From: Candidatus Freyarchaeum deiterrae
Lineage (GTDB): Archaea > Asgardarchaeota > Jordiarchaeia > Jordiarchaeales > Jordiarchaeaceae
Direction of reading: 5' to 3'
Assembly: GCA_037305845.1 (NCBI GenBank)
Contig: CP147778.1
Span: 3,008,001 to 3,072,000 of the forward strand
DNA length: 64,000 nucleotides
The notes below the pieces were generated by a model. It was not told the DNA's origin. It worked only from the letters and a program-made list of their open reading frames with translations, and did not search any database. Numbering within the stretch: position 1 is the stretch's first letter; each line of letters begins with the position of its first letter. The position numbers and the translations under genes were made by a program. Positions 9,847-20,042 of this stretch are shown here, piece after piece.

Positions 9847-10062
9847 CTATTCTTGTTCTCCTCGTTCTATTTCGAAAATTATTTTTATTCTGGTTCGGAA
9901 GGCTACTACTTTGTCGTCCTCTATTTTTGCGTCAAATTCCTCTATCGAAACTCTTGTAATATTTCGTATAGTTTTCGCCGCCTCATTCACGGCGTTTTTC
10001 GTGGCATCCTCCCACGATTTGTCGGATATTCCTACGATTTCAACTAGTTTCCATACTGGCAT
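9847..10062 (-). CDS. Dodecin family flavin-binding protein
   Basis: 71 aa, KLVEIVGISDKSWEDATKNAVNEAAKTIRNI pattern; GAGGTG RBS. Confidence 0.9.
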   Translation of the reverse strand: MPVWKLVEIVGISDKSWEDATKNAVNEAAKTIRNITRVSIEEFDAKIEDDKVVAFRTRIKIIFEIERGEQE

Positions 10063-10298
10063 TCTTCACACCTCATCCACTAAAATTATATTATTAAAAC
10101 TCTATAAAATATTTATATATTATTATAGACTACCTACAATTATATTAAGTTTTCCTTAAACGGAATTAAACCCAAGGTAGTCCACAATAAACTAACTATC
10201 CACTATCTATCAAAGTGTAAATTGGGAAAGACAAAAATATGAGACAAGTTTTATTTTAGTTTCGATTAGTTTGATCTGCTTATTGAGGGCGATGTTGC

Positions 10299-11132
10299 TT
10301 GTTCGATGTAGGGCTGATTTCCGAGATTGAAAATATAGGCGGGATTAAAGTTTCCGAGGGAAATTTGAGGTGGATACTGTTTACCGAGAGCCCACATCAG
10401 AGAATACTGATAGATAAGAGGGTACTATCTAAATTCCGTCATATGCAAATGGAGGAGGAAAATCATTACGCTTACATCAAGATAGGGAGTCTAGGACCTA
10501 GAGAAAAATTCGTCTCGAGAATAGATTTTAAGGCTGTCACTCGGGATATGCAGTTCAGAATTGCAGAATTTAACGCCCAAGATTATGCTGGAAGCCTGAT
10601 ACAAGAATACTGCAAGCCCAAAAAGTACTGGGAAACAAGAGACAAAATCATCACCTCTCTGGCCGAACAGATATTATCCACCAGCCCTAATATGATTAGC
10701 CTTCTTGTAAATATTTTCAAGTTGGTTCAGGACAGAATAAGTTTCAGAGAAAATCAGAAGGAAAGACTAGGAGCCGTAACCGCGTTCAAAACAAGGGTGG
10801 GCGACTGCGACGAATTCTCAGACCTTTTCATAACTCTCTGCAGAGCCTGCAGAATCCCCGCGAGAAGAGTCATAGGTTTAGTCGCTAAAAACGGAAACAA
10901 ATTCGAAAACCACGCCTGGGCAGAAGCCTACATACCCCAAACGGGCTGGGTTCCCTTCGACGCAGCACTTAACCTTTTTGCCGCCATAAGCAGCCGACAC
11001 ATCGCCAGATGCAAGATGGGAAAACAGTCTGACTACCCCACCATAAAACTCTCCTGGAAGGCACACAAAAAAACAGAAAAAAAACCCGTAAAAATAAATG
11101 AAAATGATGTGGAATACGTGAAACAAATTTAA
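10299..11132 (+). CDS. Transglutaminase-like cysteine protease domain protein
   Basis: GDCDEFSDLFITLCRACRIPAR, HAWAE and GWVPFD give a Cys-His-Asp triad. Confidence 0.9.
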   Translation: MFDVGLISEIENIGGIKVSEGNLRWILFTESPHQRILIDKRVLSKFRHMQMEEENHYAYIKIGSLGPREKFVSRIDFKAVTRDMQFRIAEFNAQDYAGSLIQEYCKPKKYWETRDKIITSLAEQILSTSPNMISLLVNIFKLVQDRISFRENQKERLGAVTAFKTRVGDCDEFSDLFITLCRACRIPARRVIGLVAKNGNKFENHAWAEAYIPQTGWVPFDAALNLFAAISSRHIARCKMGKQSDYPTIKLSWKAHKKTEKKPVKINENDVEYVKQI

Positions 11133-11274
11133 CCCTAATCAACTTTCTAAACGATTTAAACATCTCAATGGATGAGTTTGCAAGATAACTTTTAATTTTA
11201 AGGCTTGCCTTAATTAACACACCGAGTATTTCTATTAGATTGGGTTTGTTTGGGTGGTTTGTTAGGTGAGTTAA

Positions 11275-12576
11275 TTGAGTATAGTCGATGACGTTTTGAA
11301 GGAAGTTGATTCAAGAAAAAACGAGGTCATCGAACTCGTTCAAGAATTAATCAGGCACAAGACTGTAAATCCTCCGGGGGACACAAGCGAGATTGCGGGT
11401 TTCATTAAGGACTACCTTTCTGAACGGGGTCTAAAGATAAACGTTTACGAGTCGGAAAAAGGAAAAGTGAGCGTAGTAGCAACCCTGAAAGGAAGGGGTA
11501 AAAAGAAGCTTATATGGGATGGTCACGTCGATGTGGTGCCTATAGCTAAACCCGATGCTTGGACTGTTGACCCCTGGGAGGGTAAAATAGTTGATTCACG
11601 AATCGTGGGCAGAGGAGCCGCCGACATGAAGGGAAACGTCGGGGCCGCCATGGTAGCCGCTGCAATTCTGGCTGAGAAGGATTTAAGTCTTAGGGGGGAC
11701 CTTGTGCTGGCTATTGTTCCAGATGAAGAGACTGGTGGATTTCTCGGTACTGGTTACCTAGTTGATAAAGGGGTGTTGCAGGGGGACGCTTGTATAGTAG
11801 GAGAATTTTCCCCCTTTAATACGCTGTGTGTGGGAGAGAAGGGTATTTTGTGGATGAAGGTGAAGGCGAGCGGAATTCCGGCTCATGCGAGTATGAAAAT
11901 CCTAGGCGTTAATGCCATAGATATGCTTTTCAACTTCTTAGTGGAGCTTTATAAAATTGAGGCGATTGATAGAAAGCTTTCCGAAGAGGTCAATGGAATA
12001 ATCGATATGATTCAACCATCCCTGAAGCGGCTGGAAAGCCTAGGAATCCCCAAGGAGGTATTTAACAATCTGTTTAAAAGATTGTCCGTGAGTGTGGGAA
12101 CAATTAGAGGGGGGGAAAAAGTCAACATTATACCCGCCAACGCGGAAGCAGAAGTGGATATAAGAATTCTTCCGGGAATGGACCACAACCTCGTTTTGGA
12201 GGAAATGGATCAAATCCGAATCCGTTATAATAACCTTTTGAAGGAAAAATATCCCAACCTAAAGGCTTTAGGAATAGATGGAATAACAATGGAGGAAACA
12301 CTCAGATTTGACGCCTCCTACCAAAAACTCGATGTACCACTAGTGCCACTAATAAAAAAGCAAATACAAAAAGTAACCAGCAAAGAACCGTTACTATTCA
12401 TACAACCCGGAGGCACCGATGCCCGATTTTTCCGTGCCAAAGGCATCCCAACAGTTGTCTATGGAGCAGGCTCGGAAACCGCTCATGCAGTAAACGAATA
12501 CATCAACACAGATAATCTGATTGAAGTCACAAAAATTTACTCGCTGACTGCAATAGATTTCCTGAATACAACATAG
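11275..12576 (+). CDS. M20 family metallopeptidase (ArgE/DapE-like)
   Basis: GHVDVVP, GRGAADMKG, DEETGG, GGTDAR, AHAVNE. Confidence 0.92.
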   Translation: MSIVDDVLKEVDSRKNEVIELVQELIRHKTVNPPGDTSEIAGFIKDYLSERGLKINVYESEKGKVSVVATLKGRGKKKLIWDGHVDVVPIAKPDAWTVDPWEGKIVDSRIVGRGAADMKGNVGAAMVAAAILAEKDLSLRGDLVLAIVPDEETGGFLGTGYLVDKGVLQGDACIVGEFSPFNTLCVGEKGILWMKVKASGIPAHASMKILGVNAIDMLFNFLVELYKIEAIDRKLSEEVNGIIDMIQPSLKRLESLGIPKEVFNNLFKRLSVSVGTIRGGEKVNIIPANAEAEVDIRILPGMDHNLVLEEMDQIRIRYNNLLKEKYPNLKALGIDGITMEETLRFDASYQKLDVPLVPLIKKQIQKVTSKEPLLFIQPGGTDARFFRAKGIPTVVYGAGSETAHAVNEYINTDNLIEVTKIYSLTAIDFLNTT

Positions 12577-12887
12577 AGTACATGTTACTCTATGGAAACT
12601 CGAGTTTTTAATACTCTTTGAAGTCCTCTGCAACATCCTTTCTCATAATGCTCAAGTTTTTGAGCAGATAACCGGACCTTAATCAAGTTAACTATCGAAC
12701 CCTGAAGGGAAGAGCTTGAAGGAACCCAGTTTTTTAGAAGATATGAACTTGCTGGGCTGCTGAGATTTAGGTTGAAAAACGGTGTCACCCAAGTAACCAA
12801 TTACTTTAAGTATGAAAAAACGGTTTTTACTATACAAAAAAGTTCAAATATAACATAGGCTTTAAAAAAATATAAAGGGCGTAGTAT

Positions 12888-13646
12888 ATGGAGGCCAGCC
12901 TTAGAGAAATCGCCGAAACTCTCAAGAAGTTTACAATTAAGAAATGTTCTGCAGCGTTTCTAGATGATTCTGGTAATCTACTCTATTCTTGTCTTACAGC
13001 GGAACTGGAAGGTTCCATCAAGAAGTTGAGCGGCGTTTTTCCAGTTTGGAACATAGGAGACTACCAGCTTAAAAAACTACCAAAAGGCAACGTACTGATC
13101 TACAAGGTTTCACCACACATTATCCTAGCGCTAGAAAGCTACGAGAATGAAGGAGCCCTAATCGTAATCGGTAAACGTTTAGAGGAAAATTATGGAGAAC
13201 GGTTTAAAAGCTTGGAAAGCCAGCTTCCCGCCGCACCGGCAAAGGCAGGGGGCGTGGTATCTTCAGAAAAGTCAAATCTCGGGCTGGTGCAAGAAGACCC
13301 CGCCACTGTAGAATTTGATCTATTTGAATCACTTCTAAAAGATACGGCCCCAAAGGAAATCAGGAGAGAGACTGTCAAAGAATCACCTGTGAAGTCCCCA
13401 TCAGCAGGAAATGGTGAGGAAATTATGACGGTGAGCTTCCCCGTCCTAGCTGACAGAAACATTCTAAAAAAGGTAAAAGAGCCTAACATAAACGCCATTC
13501 TTAACCTTTGTGACGGCCATCATACCATTGATGACATTTGTGAGGAACTCAGTATACCCAAAGCTCGGATAATGATAATTACTGGAGATTATAGCGCAAA
13601 GGGAGCGCTAAAGTACATCTCAGGGATAAGAACGACAAAGAGGTGA
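12888..13646 (+). CDS. Hypothetical protein: roadblock/profilin-like N-domain, linker, C-terminal winged helix
   Basis: N-domain with an AAFLDDSGNLLYS strand pattern; C-terminal ILNLCDGHHTIDDICEEL wHTH, similar to the one in 30434..31648. Confidence 0.6.
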   Translation: MEASLREIAETLKKFTIKKCSAAFLDDSGNLLYSCLTAELEGSIKKLSGVFPVWNIGDYQLKKLPKGNVLIYKVSPHIILALESYENEGALIVIGKRLEENYGERFKSLESQLPAAPAKAGGVVSSEKSNLGLVQEDPATVEFDLFESLLKDTAPKEIRRETVKESPVKSPSAGNGEEIMTVSFPVLADRNILKKVKEPNINAILNLCDGHHTIDDICEELSIPKARIMIITGDYSAKGALKYISGIRTTKR

Positions 13647-14230
13647 AACTTTTGGGAGTAAAAGGCACACTAGCATGGAGAATTAAAGCCGAAAAAATAA
13701 ATGTAATGATTGTGAGAGCCGTATTGATCGCGGTGGCGGCTAAACTTATTAAAATATATGGCGACCCTGCTGTAGCTAACCAGGAAGGTAAAAACATAGG
13801 GAGAAGTATGGGAGAGTTCATTTTCACACAATATTTATCAGGGACTCAGAAACCCGCAAAAAGCATAGAGGAGCTAGCTGACCCCAAGTCAGCTTACAAT
13901 CTCGGCTTCAAATTCTTTACCGGAGTAACCTTCGATAAAATTGAATTGAAGAAAAACGTGAATGATGTCTACATAACTTACACAATAGCGGATTGTCCAC
14001 TATGCCGAGGCTTGGTTTCTCCGTCGCCACAAGTATTCCTGTGTAATGTTATGGCTGGTATCTTCGAATGGATAGAAGAGCAGAGATTAAATGAGTGGAA
14101 TGCGGAATCAATTAAATGTGATGAAGTTAAGTGTCGAGCTCGAGGAGACCCCGTCTGCCAGTTTGTCTTCCATTTCCGGTTAAAGGAACAAGAATTCTTT
14201 GGAGAAAAGGAATCAAAATTCTTTGAATAG
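13643..14230 (+). CDS. V4R domain protein
   Basis: DCPLC, FLCNVMAGIF, EVKCRARGDPVCQF. Overlaps the upstream stop (translational coupling). Confidence 0.85.
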   Translation: MKLLGVKGTLAWRIKAEKINVMIVRAVLIAVAAKLIKIYGDPAVANQEGKNIGRSMGEFIFTQYLSGTQKPAKSIEELADPKSAYNLGFKFFTGVTFDKIELKKNVNDVYITYTIADCPLCRGLVSPSPQVFLCNVMAGIFEWIEEQRLNEWNAESIKCDEVKCRARGDPVCQFVFHFRLKEQEFFGEKESKFFE

Positions 14231-14357
14231 TAGCTCAAGGTTTCTTTAGTAATGGAGGATTTATTTTTCCATCAAAGTAATTATAAACGGTGTCGTATAA
14301 CAGGCTGTCGAAATAACAACAAACTTGTTATATTTTTCTAAGATTATCGTAATGAGT

Positions 14358-14597
14358 CTACATCCTCAACTTTTCCAGTGCTTCCTGAATGGTTAATTTT
14401 TCTAGTTTTTTTGCTTTTTTGTAATGCTCTCCGCAGAACCAATCTGCATAGGGCGGATGGCCGGTCATCCCTGGTTTTTTCATTTTTTCATCCCATTCAA
14501 GGTCACTCGCTATTTTCTTAAAATAGACTAGACCACCTTCTTTCTGGGGGTCGAATCTCTTAAGGCATATGCGACAAATTGGAGGTTTCATAAACAC
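14358..14597 (-). CDS. Small Zn-binding hypothetical protein
   Basis: CRIC...GHPP...WFCGEH; AGGTG RBS. Confidence 0.75.
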   Translation of the reverse strand: MFMKPPICRICLKRFDPQKEGGLVYFKKIASDLEWDEKMKKPGMTGHPPYADWFCGEHYKKAKKLEKLTIQEALEKLRM

Positions 14598-14932
14598 ACC
14601 TTTTTGAAAAGTATTTTTTACTTCAAACTCAAGATATAGTTTTTAAATAAATATTCTCTTCTTTTGGGAAAAGTGAGGGGGCATGTCAGTCTAGAGAACA
14701 CCTTACACTTTAATTTTTGATTTTCTAATTCAAGGAGCGTCTATCAATTTTTGGTTCAAAGAATTTATTTAAATTACGTTGTTATCAGGTCAGGCCATAG
14801 TTTTTCTAGAGAGAATATTTGCCTGTTAGCTGTGTATAAATCAGGTTTTTAAGATAGTAATAGTTTAAGTTCAGATATGTGGTTTGTTTTCCGTCTAACA
14901 TGGGTTGACTATATTGCACGTAGTATAGGTGG

Positions 14933-16066
14933 GTGTTATTGATGTTTGCGGATGTTTTGGATCGGCTTATTGACGATTTGGACAGGTATGTTGGTGAAAC
15001 TGATTTGGGGGATCCATTCTTTCCCGGTTCGGGATACAAGGCTTATCCCTTCAGTGTGGAGAACTTTAGAGAGGTAAAATCAGTTGAAACCGGTCGTAAA
15101 ATAGCTTTTGTTGATGGAGGAAATCAGGAGGTAGTGGGGGCTCCAAATTTTTCTGTGCAGATCAACCGCGTATTCTTCAACATTTTCCAAGACAAGGAGC
15201 GGATTTTGGAGAGGGAGATTCCCCGGCGGATAGAATTCTTCTCAGTCACCTTCTCAAGATTTAGACATGAAGAAATATTTTATGACACCTCCATTTTTCC
15301 GGTAAGCGAAGAATTTGAAAGCTTTCTACCGGACGTAAAGGATCTCTCATTTAGCTCAATGGATCGCAGCGTAATGCAGGGGAATCTCAGGGCTGATATA
15401 TCGCTGGTTTCATCTATTTCGAGAAGATTTGCGGAGTGGGAACTCTCCAAACACGTCATAGGAAATGAGCTCAAGGAAAAAGACGTACTCGTATTGGACG
15501 GCAGTCTTCAAACCGCTTTCACCAATGAGTCAAAGTACTCCAATGCGGTCTACGAACTAGCGAAGAAGAAGAACATCATTGTCTCGGGCTTAACCAAGAC
15601 TTGTGGGTTATTTACCACTACTGGCTTATCGCTTCTGGGAGCCGCGAGAAAATTCGCAAACAATAACAACATAAGTTACCCCATGTGGTACTACTATCCG
15701 GTAGCGGAAGCCTTCAGCCCCATCCACGAAGCGGTAATCCTCCTAGTAAAACTGAACCCCGTGACCGAACGCATATTCCGATTCGAAATATACCGCGACC
15801 AAGCAAAAAAACTAGGCACAAACGAAATAGACGAAATAATAACTTCCCTCTCTAACAATTCGGCGGACATAACATTCCCCGGCTACCCTTACGGACTCAT
15901 AGATGCAGATTCCAACGCCCGAGTAAGATTCGATGAGATGCAGAGATACAAATACGCACTACTCTCTGCAATGTCCAAAAAAGGAATATGGAAAAAATTA
16001 GCCAAGCACATCCAAGCCAAAGATGCACACGCCAAACTGAACGAGATAACCCGATGGGAAAGCTAA
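14933..16066 (+). CDS. nurA: NurA 5'-3' nuclease
   Basis: AFVDGG, VLDGSL, PGYPYGLIDAD motifs; linked to herA-mre11-rad50. Confidence 0.9.
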   Translation: MLLMFADVLDRLIDDLDRYVGETDLGDPFFPGSGYKAYPFSVENFREVKSVETGRKIAFVDGGNQEVVGAPNFSVQINRVFFNIFQDKERILEREIPRRIEFFSVTFSRFRHEEIFYDTSIFPVSEEFESFLPDVKDLSFSSMDRSVMQGNLRADISLVSSISRRFAEWELSKHVIGNELKEKDVLVLDGSLQTAFTNESKYSNAVYELAKKKNIIVSGLTKTCGLFTTTGLSLLGAARKFANNNNISYPMWYYYPVAEAFSPIHEAVILLVKLNPVTERIFRFEIYRDQAKKLGTNEIDEIITSLSNNSADITFPGYPYGLIDADSNARVRFDEMQRYKYALLSAMSKKGIWKKLAKHIQAKDAHAKLNEITRWES

Positions 16067-16112
16067 ACACTTTACCGTAAAGCAAATAATAAAAAAGAGA
16101 GCAACCTGCTAA

Positions 16113-16241
16113 TCACTTCTTCCTCTTTGTCTTCTTCTTTTTCTTTTTTGAGCCTGATTTAGGCTTCCTCTTCTTCCTTTTCTTTCCAGATAACCTATCC
16201 ATACGCTTCTCAGTTCTCGCGCCTACCACTCTTTTACCCAA
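16113..16241 (-). CDS. Very small Lys/Arg-rich peptide (42 aa)
   Basis: MGKRVVGARTEKRMDRLSGKKRKKRKPKSGSKKKKKKTKRKK. GGGTGA SD 5 nt before the TTG. Below the ORF-track size cutoff. Confidence 0.55.
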   Translation of the reverse strand: MGKRVVGARTEKRMDRLSGKKRKKRKPKSGSKKKKKKTKRKK

Positions 16242-16474
16242 AAGCTTCACCCTTGGCTTAATGCAAAGTTTTTTTAGTTTATATTCTCTTAACCCACTAA
16301 AATATTTGGACTAAAAACACACTATACATTGAAAGGATGTTAAGAAATATTGTTGTCTTTGCTGGAATTCCGTTTTCATCGCTGCTGGTTATGAACTTGG
16401 AACCTATGATTAACTTCATCTTACAGCTATAAGTTTTCTTCTAAATCTCTCTCTGGTAGCATACTTCGAAACTT

Positions 16475-17815
16475 CTATTTAGTAGTTTTGCCGCGCTTGC
16501 GCCCCTTTATCTTTCCAAGGGCCTCTTCTGCATTCCGTCGAACAGCCGTATCTTCATCTCGTTGTGCTTGTGTTAGTGGTTCTACTGCTTTTGCGTCCCC
16601 TATTCTTCCCAGGGCCTCTGCTGCGTTCCGTCGAACATCTACATCTTCATCATGTAGTGATTTTATCAGTGGCTTTACCGCTTTGGCGTTCCCTATCTCC
16701 CCGAGGGCCTCTGCTGCTCCCCTCCGAATAACCTCACTCTTATCACCCAGTGATTGTATTAGTGATTCTAACGCTGTTTCCCCCATCTTCACAAGAGCCT
16801 CAAGCGCATTACCTTGAACATCTTCGTCTTTTAGTGCTTGTGCTAGTGGTTCTACTGCTTTTGCGTCCCCTATTCTTCCCAGGGCCTCTGCTGCGTTCCG
16901 TCGAACCTCTTTATCTTCATTTTCGTCTTTTAGTGCTTGTGCTAGTGGTTCTACTGCTTTTGCGTCCTTTATCTCTCCCAGAGACTTCGCTGTTTCCCGT
17001 CGAACCTCTTTATCTTCGTCTTTTAGTGCTTGTATTAGTGGTTCTACTGCTTTTGCGTCCCCTATTCTTCCCAGAGTCTTCACTGCTTGTCTTCTAACCT
17101 CTTTATCTTCGTCTTTTAGTGTTTGTGTAAGAGGTTTTATTGCGGGTTCCCCTAATTTCGCTAGATCGTCCCACTCTCCCTTTGCAGTTAGGTAATAGGC
17201 CTTCTCTACATCGTTCTCAGGACTCCAGTCCAGTTTGTCAAGAACCTCTGCTACCTTCAACCGAAGAGTCGCACTATCGTCTTCAAATGCTCGTATTAGT
17301 GGTTTTGTCGATATTGCCCCCCCCATTTTCACAAGAGCTTCAAATGCACCCTTTCGAACACTTTCATCTTTATCCTTTAATTTCTGTGTTAGTGGTTCTA
17401 CTGCTTTTGCGTCCCCTATTCTTCCCAGGGCCTCTGCTGCTTCCCGCCGAACATACCCACTCTTATCATCTAGTGCTTGTATTAGTGGTTCTACTGCTTT
17501 TGCGTCCTTTATCTCTCCCAGGGACTCCGCTGCTTCCCGTCGAACATTTTCATCTTCGTCTTTTAGTGCTTGTATTAGTGGTTCTACTGCTTTTGCGTCT
17601 CCTATTCCTCCCAGAGCCCCTGCTGCATTCCATCTAACAATTTTATTTTCGTCTTTTAGTGCTTGTATTAGTGGTTCTACTGCTTTTGCGTCCCCTATTT
17701 TTCCCAGGGCCTCTGCGGCTTCCCATCGAACACTTGTGTCTTCATTATTTAAGGCCTTTATTAAACCTACTACGTCTTTCCCTTTTTCCAACTTTAATAT
17801 ATTCGGCTTTTCCAC
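16475..17815 (-). CDS. HEAT-like (PBS lyase/alphaRep-type) repeat protein
   Basis: 31-aa repeats [29 protein letters not shown]. Confidence 0.95.
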   Translation of the reverse strand: MEKPNILKLEKGKDVVGLIKALNNEDTSVRWEAAEALGKIGDAKAVEPLIQALKDENKIVRWNAAGALGGIGDAKAVEPLIQALKDEDENVRREAAESLGEIKDAKAVEPLIQALDDKSGYVRREAAEALGRIGDAKAVEPLTQKLKDKDESVRKGAFEALVKMGGAISTKPLIRAFEDDSATLRLKVAEVLDKLDWSPENDVEKAYYLTAKGEWDDLAKLGEPAIKPLTQTLKDEDKEVRRQAVKTLGRIGDAKAVEPLIQALKDEDKEVRRETAKSLGEIKDAKAVEPLAQALKDENEDKEVRRNAAEALGRIGDAKAVEPLAQALKDEDVQGNALEALVKMGETALESLIQSLGDKSEVIRRGAAEALGEIGNAKAVKPLIKSLHDEDVDVRRNAAEALGRIGDAKAVEPLTQAQRDEDTAVRRNAEEALGKIKGRKRGKTTK

Positions 17816-18115
17816 ATTTCCACTTCCTCAAGATGCTTAACGGGTGGTGAGCGATCATATAGTATTTAACTATGCGCCTCCGAATGAGTTCTACTATTCT
17901 ACTAAATCAGGAGGCTTATTCGAATAATTACTTCTCTCCCTCCTATATCGCTAAAATAGCTAAATGCTTTTTTGTCTTAAATTCTTAGCGGTTGTATGAA
18001 GTGAAGACAAGATAAGATGGGAGGAGATAAGATGCGGTGTCCTATAAACCTATGACAATAAACATGTCAGCGGCAATCGCCGAACACTTTCATTTTCATC
18101 CTTTAACGCTTTTAT

Positions 18116-18535
18116 TTAGTGTCCTTCCATTCTTTCCGCTATCTCTCTTAGAGCCTCCGCTGCATGTGTTTGGACCTTTTTAATTTCATCTTTTAGCTCT
18201 TGCATTCGTGGTTCTTTTGTTCTTTCCGCTATCTTTCCAAGAGCTTCGGCTGCATGCCATCGTACATGATGATGTTCGTCCTTTAGTGCTTGTGTTAGTG
18301 GTTCTACCGCTTTTATGTCTCCTGTCTCTCCCAGAGCCCAAGCTGATTTCTGTCGAACATTCTCCTCATTATCTTTTAGTGTTTGTGTTAGTGGTTCCAC
18401 TGCCTTTGCTTCCTTTATCCTTCCAAGCGCCTCCGCTGCACGCCTTCGAACAATTGGGTCACTACTTTTTAGGGCTTTTATCAAGCCATCTACATCTTTT
18501 CCCTTTTCCAACTCTTTCACATTCGGCTCTGCCAT
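18116..18535 (-). CDS. Short HEAT-like repeat protein (paralogue of 16475..17815)
   Basis: Same N-cap ([12 protein letters not shown]) with about 3 repeats; homologous upstream region. Confidence 0.9.
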   Translation of the reverse strand: MAEPNVKELEKGKDVDGLIKALKSSDPIVRRRAAEALGRIKEAKAVEPLTQTLKDNEENVRQKSAWALGETGDIKAVEPLTQALKDEHHHVRWHAAEALGKIAERTKEPRMQELKDEIKKVQTHAAEALREIAERMEGH

Positions 18536-18882
18536 ATTTCCACTTCCTTAGACTACTAAACTTGCGGTGACCGGTATATAACATATAAATAATCGTATCA
18601 GAATAAGTTCTAGTGTCCCCGTATAATTGGGAGATTTATTCGAATTACTGTTTTCACTCCCATTTATATGTATTGTTTCACGCAGACGTAAAAGAAAACA
18701 TTACAGTAAAAAACCTTTGTTTTCGCTCCATCTCAAAAAGATGGAATACCTAGAGCCCTTTTGTCTTTAGTGGTTGCATGAAGTGAAGATAATACATCTA
18801 TCAGAGATTCATTATAGGGAAGATAAACATGACATAATCTTTGTAAGACTTAATTCTTTAAACCAACAATAATTGTTTTATC

Positions 18883-18960
18883 GGAAAAGATTAAGAAGAC
18901 GTATGATTAAGAGTTTTTAAAAAGTGTCCTTTCTATTTTAATTTTTATACTGATGAGATG
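18883..18960 (+). repeat. Duplicate of the herA promoter/start region (copy 1)
   Basis: GGAAAAGATTAAGAAGAyGTATGATTAAGAGTTTTTAAAAAGTGT...ATTTTTATACTGrTGAGATG, also present at 19971-20042. Confidence 0.9.
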
Positions 18961-19217
18961 AATATTGTACAAAATTAAGACAGGAGCGCTCTACGAGAAG
19001 CTTACTTCCCGCAAACACGAAGATTGATTACATTAACTAGGCAGCCGAATAAGAACTCCTCAAACAAGTAAAATAGGAAGCAAGAAAATTCTCAAGGACG
19101 CTTGAACAATTCAAGCAGTAATGGAGGAAAGCAAATAAGGCTGGAAAACAAGGAGAAAAACAGTCAGTCCCCAGTAAATGGGGGAAGACATAGAAAATTG
19201 TAATCTTTTACTAGGAG

Positions 19218-19454
19218 ATGCAAATCGTGAACTGGAAGGAAAGGATAATCATTGATCCAAAGATTCTGGTTGGGAAGCCAGTAATTAAGGGGACGAGAAT
19301 AGCTGTAGAGTTCATATTAGAGCTTTTGGCCAATGGGTGGAAAAGAGAGGAAATCCTAGAGAACTACCCACAGCTTAAGGAAGAGGACATAACCGCTGCG
19401 CTGTGCTACGCAACAGAGGTTTTGAAAGCTGAAAAGATTTACTTGTTCTTATAA
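19218..19454 (+). CDS. DUF433 family antitoxin
   Basis: IDPKILVGKPVIKGTRI..E.ILE..A.G...EEILENYPQL.EEDI.AAL.YA signature. Confidence 0.92.
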   Translation: MQIVNWKERIIIDPKILVGKPVIKGTRIAVEFILELLANGWKREEILENYPQLKEEDITAALCYATEVLKAEKIYLFL

Positions 19455-19817
19455 GTGAAGCCTATGAAATTTATTGCTAATGAAAACATAGCTCTCAAAA
19501 CAGTCGAATCATTAAAAAACCAGGGGATTGACATTCTTTCAATCAGAAATTACGGTTGTGGTTTAAAAGATGAGGAAGTCATTAAAATAGCTGCCAAGGA
19601 GCACAGGATTCTAATAACGCTAGATAAGGATTTCGGAGAGCTGGTTTTGAGAAAAGGGAAAAAGTGTGAAGGAATAATACTTCTGAGAATTCCCCCAAAA
19701 TCCTCTGAGTACTTGAAGGAAGCGTTAGTTAGTCTGTTAAAAAAGAATATAAATTTTGAAAACGCTTTCGTTGTGGTGAGCGTGGATAAAGTACGCATTC
19801 TCCCACTAACCGAATAG
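19455..19817 (+). CDS. DUF5615 PIN-like toxin
   Basis: MKFIANENI...D.EV...A....RILITLDKDFGEL; directly follows the DUF433 gene. Confidence 0.88.
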   Translation: MKPMKFIANENIALKTVESLKNQGIDILSIRNYGCGLKDEEVIKIAAKEHRILITLDKDFGELVLRKGKKCEGIILLRIPPKSSEYLKEALVSLLKKNINFENAFVVVSVDKVRILPLTE

Positions 19818-19970
19818 GAATGCAACAGGATATAACATGGCGTAAACTGTAACACCATGCTTAGATTAACTTTACAATTAAGCCGTAAATTTTTAGATAA
19901 TTATTGAAAAGAATTGTCCATAATTCTTGGCGAAAACTTGTAATCCTGAAAAGAAAAGCAATTACTTGCT

Positions 19971-20042
19971 GGAAAAGATTAAGAAGATGTATGATTAAGA
20001 GTTTTTAAAAAGTGTTTTTCTTATTTTTATACTGGTGAGATG
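19971..20042 (+). promoter_or_regulatory. herA promoter region (TTTTTAAA TATA, GGTGA SD); direct-repeat copy 2
   Basis: Directly upstream of the herA ATG; duplicated at 18883-18960. Confidence 0.7.

Noticed and set aside
12585-12800. 71-aa minus-strand ORF
   Set aside because: No RBS or motif; probably spurious.
16488-18570. Multiple plus-strand ORFs opposite the HEAT genes
   Set aside because: Antisense shadows of repetitive coding sequence.
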